Source: Nanopusillaceae archaeon (GTDB lineage: Archaea; Nanobdellota; Nanobdellia; Nanobdellales; Nanobdellaceae). Taken from it: DNA of 5,075 nucleotides. Where the stretch lies: NCBI GenBank assembly GCA_049973735.1, contig JBMFJL010000042.1, positions 1-5,075 on the forward strand, read 5' to 3'. Shown here in pieces: positions 4,697-5,075 of the stretch (positions are counted from its first letter, which is position 1; each line of letters begins with the position of its first letter). Below the pieces are notes generated by a model. It saw only the letters and a list, made by a program, of their open reading frames with translations. It did no database searches and was not told the origin of the DNA. A program made the translations under genes and the position numbers.

Positions 4697-5075
4697 TCAT
4701 TCCCCTATAATTGTCAAAAATACTCTTCTTTTTCTAGGACCGTCTAATTCTAATAAAAATATTTCCTGCCATGTACCTAAATAAAGATCATTATTTTTTA
4801 TTGGAATAATATAAAATTGTTTAAATAATGATGATAATAGATGAGAATCAGCATTATTATCTATTTTATTATGATAATAATTTCCATTTTCAGGAACTAA
4901 TTTTTCTAATAAATTTAAGTAATCTTTTTTAATATTTTCTTCATCTTCATTTGCGAATATTGCTGCAGTTGCATGTGGTAGAAATATTATTACAAAACCA
5001 TTATTAATTCTATGTTTTTTTACGTATTCTCTTATTTTTTCAGTAATATTCATTATTTCTCTTCTTTTATTGGTT
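4697..5075 (-). CDS. YjbQ/UPF0047-family protein (secondary thiamine-phosphate synthase family). Partial: the true start lies beyond the window end.
   Basis: Family motifs are present: NGFVIIFLPHATAAIFANEDE, LVPENGNYYHN, NADSHL, LYLGTWQEIFLLELDGPRKRRVFLTIIGE. The frame stays open upstream of the track's ATG at 5053 through to base 5075, reading ..TNKRREI-MNITEKIREYV. That matches the family's conserved N-terminal T.krre.i.IT segment, so Met-5053 is probably internal. Confidence 0.8.
   Translation of the reverse strand, partial: TNKRREIMNITEKIREYVKKHRINNGFVIIFLPHATAAIFANEDEENIKKDYLNLLEKLVPENGNYYHNKIDNNADSHLLSSLFKQFYIIPIKNNDLYLGTWQEIFLLELDGPRKRRVFLTIIGE

Noticed and set aside
4616-4699. tRNA gene as an integration (att) site for a mobile element
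   Set aside because: No duplicated tRNA 3' fragment appears elsewhere in the window. There is no integrase, and the flanking genes are housekeeping genes packed against the tRNA.
1-5075. Any CRISPR array, defence system, toxin-antitoxin pair, transposase or other accessory system
   Set aside because: Every substantial ORF has a confident housekeeping assignment. There are no spaced repeats and no unexplained multi-gene block. I do not think this window contains a novel multi-gene system.

Overview
This is a very AT-rich, tightly packed archaeal housekeeping locus. I found no mobile element, CRISPR array, defence system or other novel multi-gene system. Eight protein genes and one tRNA cover almost every base. 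From left to right they are: uL10/P0 (-, partial, missing from the ORF track), uL1 (-), a 193-nt spacer, uL11 (-), SecE (+), Spt5/NusG (+), FtsZ (-), an FKBP-type PPIase (+), tRNA-Lys(CUU) (+), and a YjbQ/UPF0047-family protein (-, whose real start lies beyond the window end). This is the ancient archaeal ftsZ-secE-nusG-rpl11-rpl1-rpl10 neighbourhood, but the secE-nusG pair is inverted relative to both flanks. Gene junctions are extreme: overlaps of 16, 8 and 1 nt and a gap of 3 nt. No start codon has a Shine-Dalgarno motif, and TATA-like boxes sit about 22-35 nt upstream of the first-in-unit ATGs, which suggests leaderless mRNAs. The tRNA is GC-rich against the AT-rich background. Together with the diverged conserved motifs, this points to a thermophilic, fast-evolving, reduced-genome archaeon (Nanoarchaeota/DPANN-like or Methanococcales-like; this is inference only). 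The points most worth a second look are the in-place secE-nusG inversion, an unannotated 50-codon single-pass membrane ORF in the one long spacer, a tRNA whose first base is the last base of the upstream stop codon, and a variant FtsZ GTP-binding signature (GGGTGGG).
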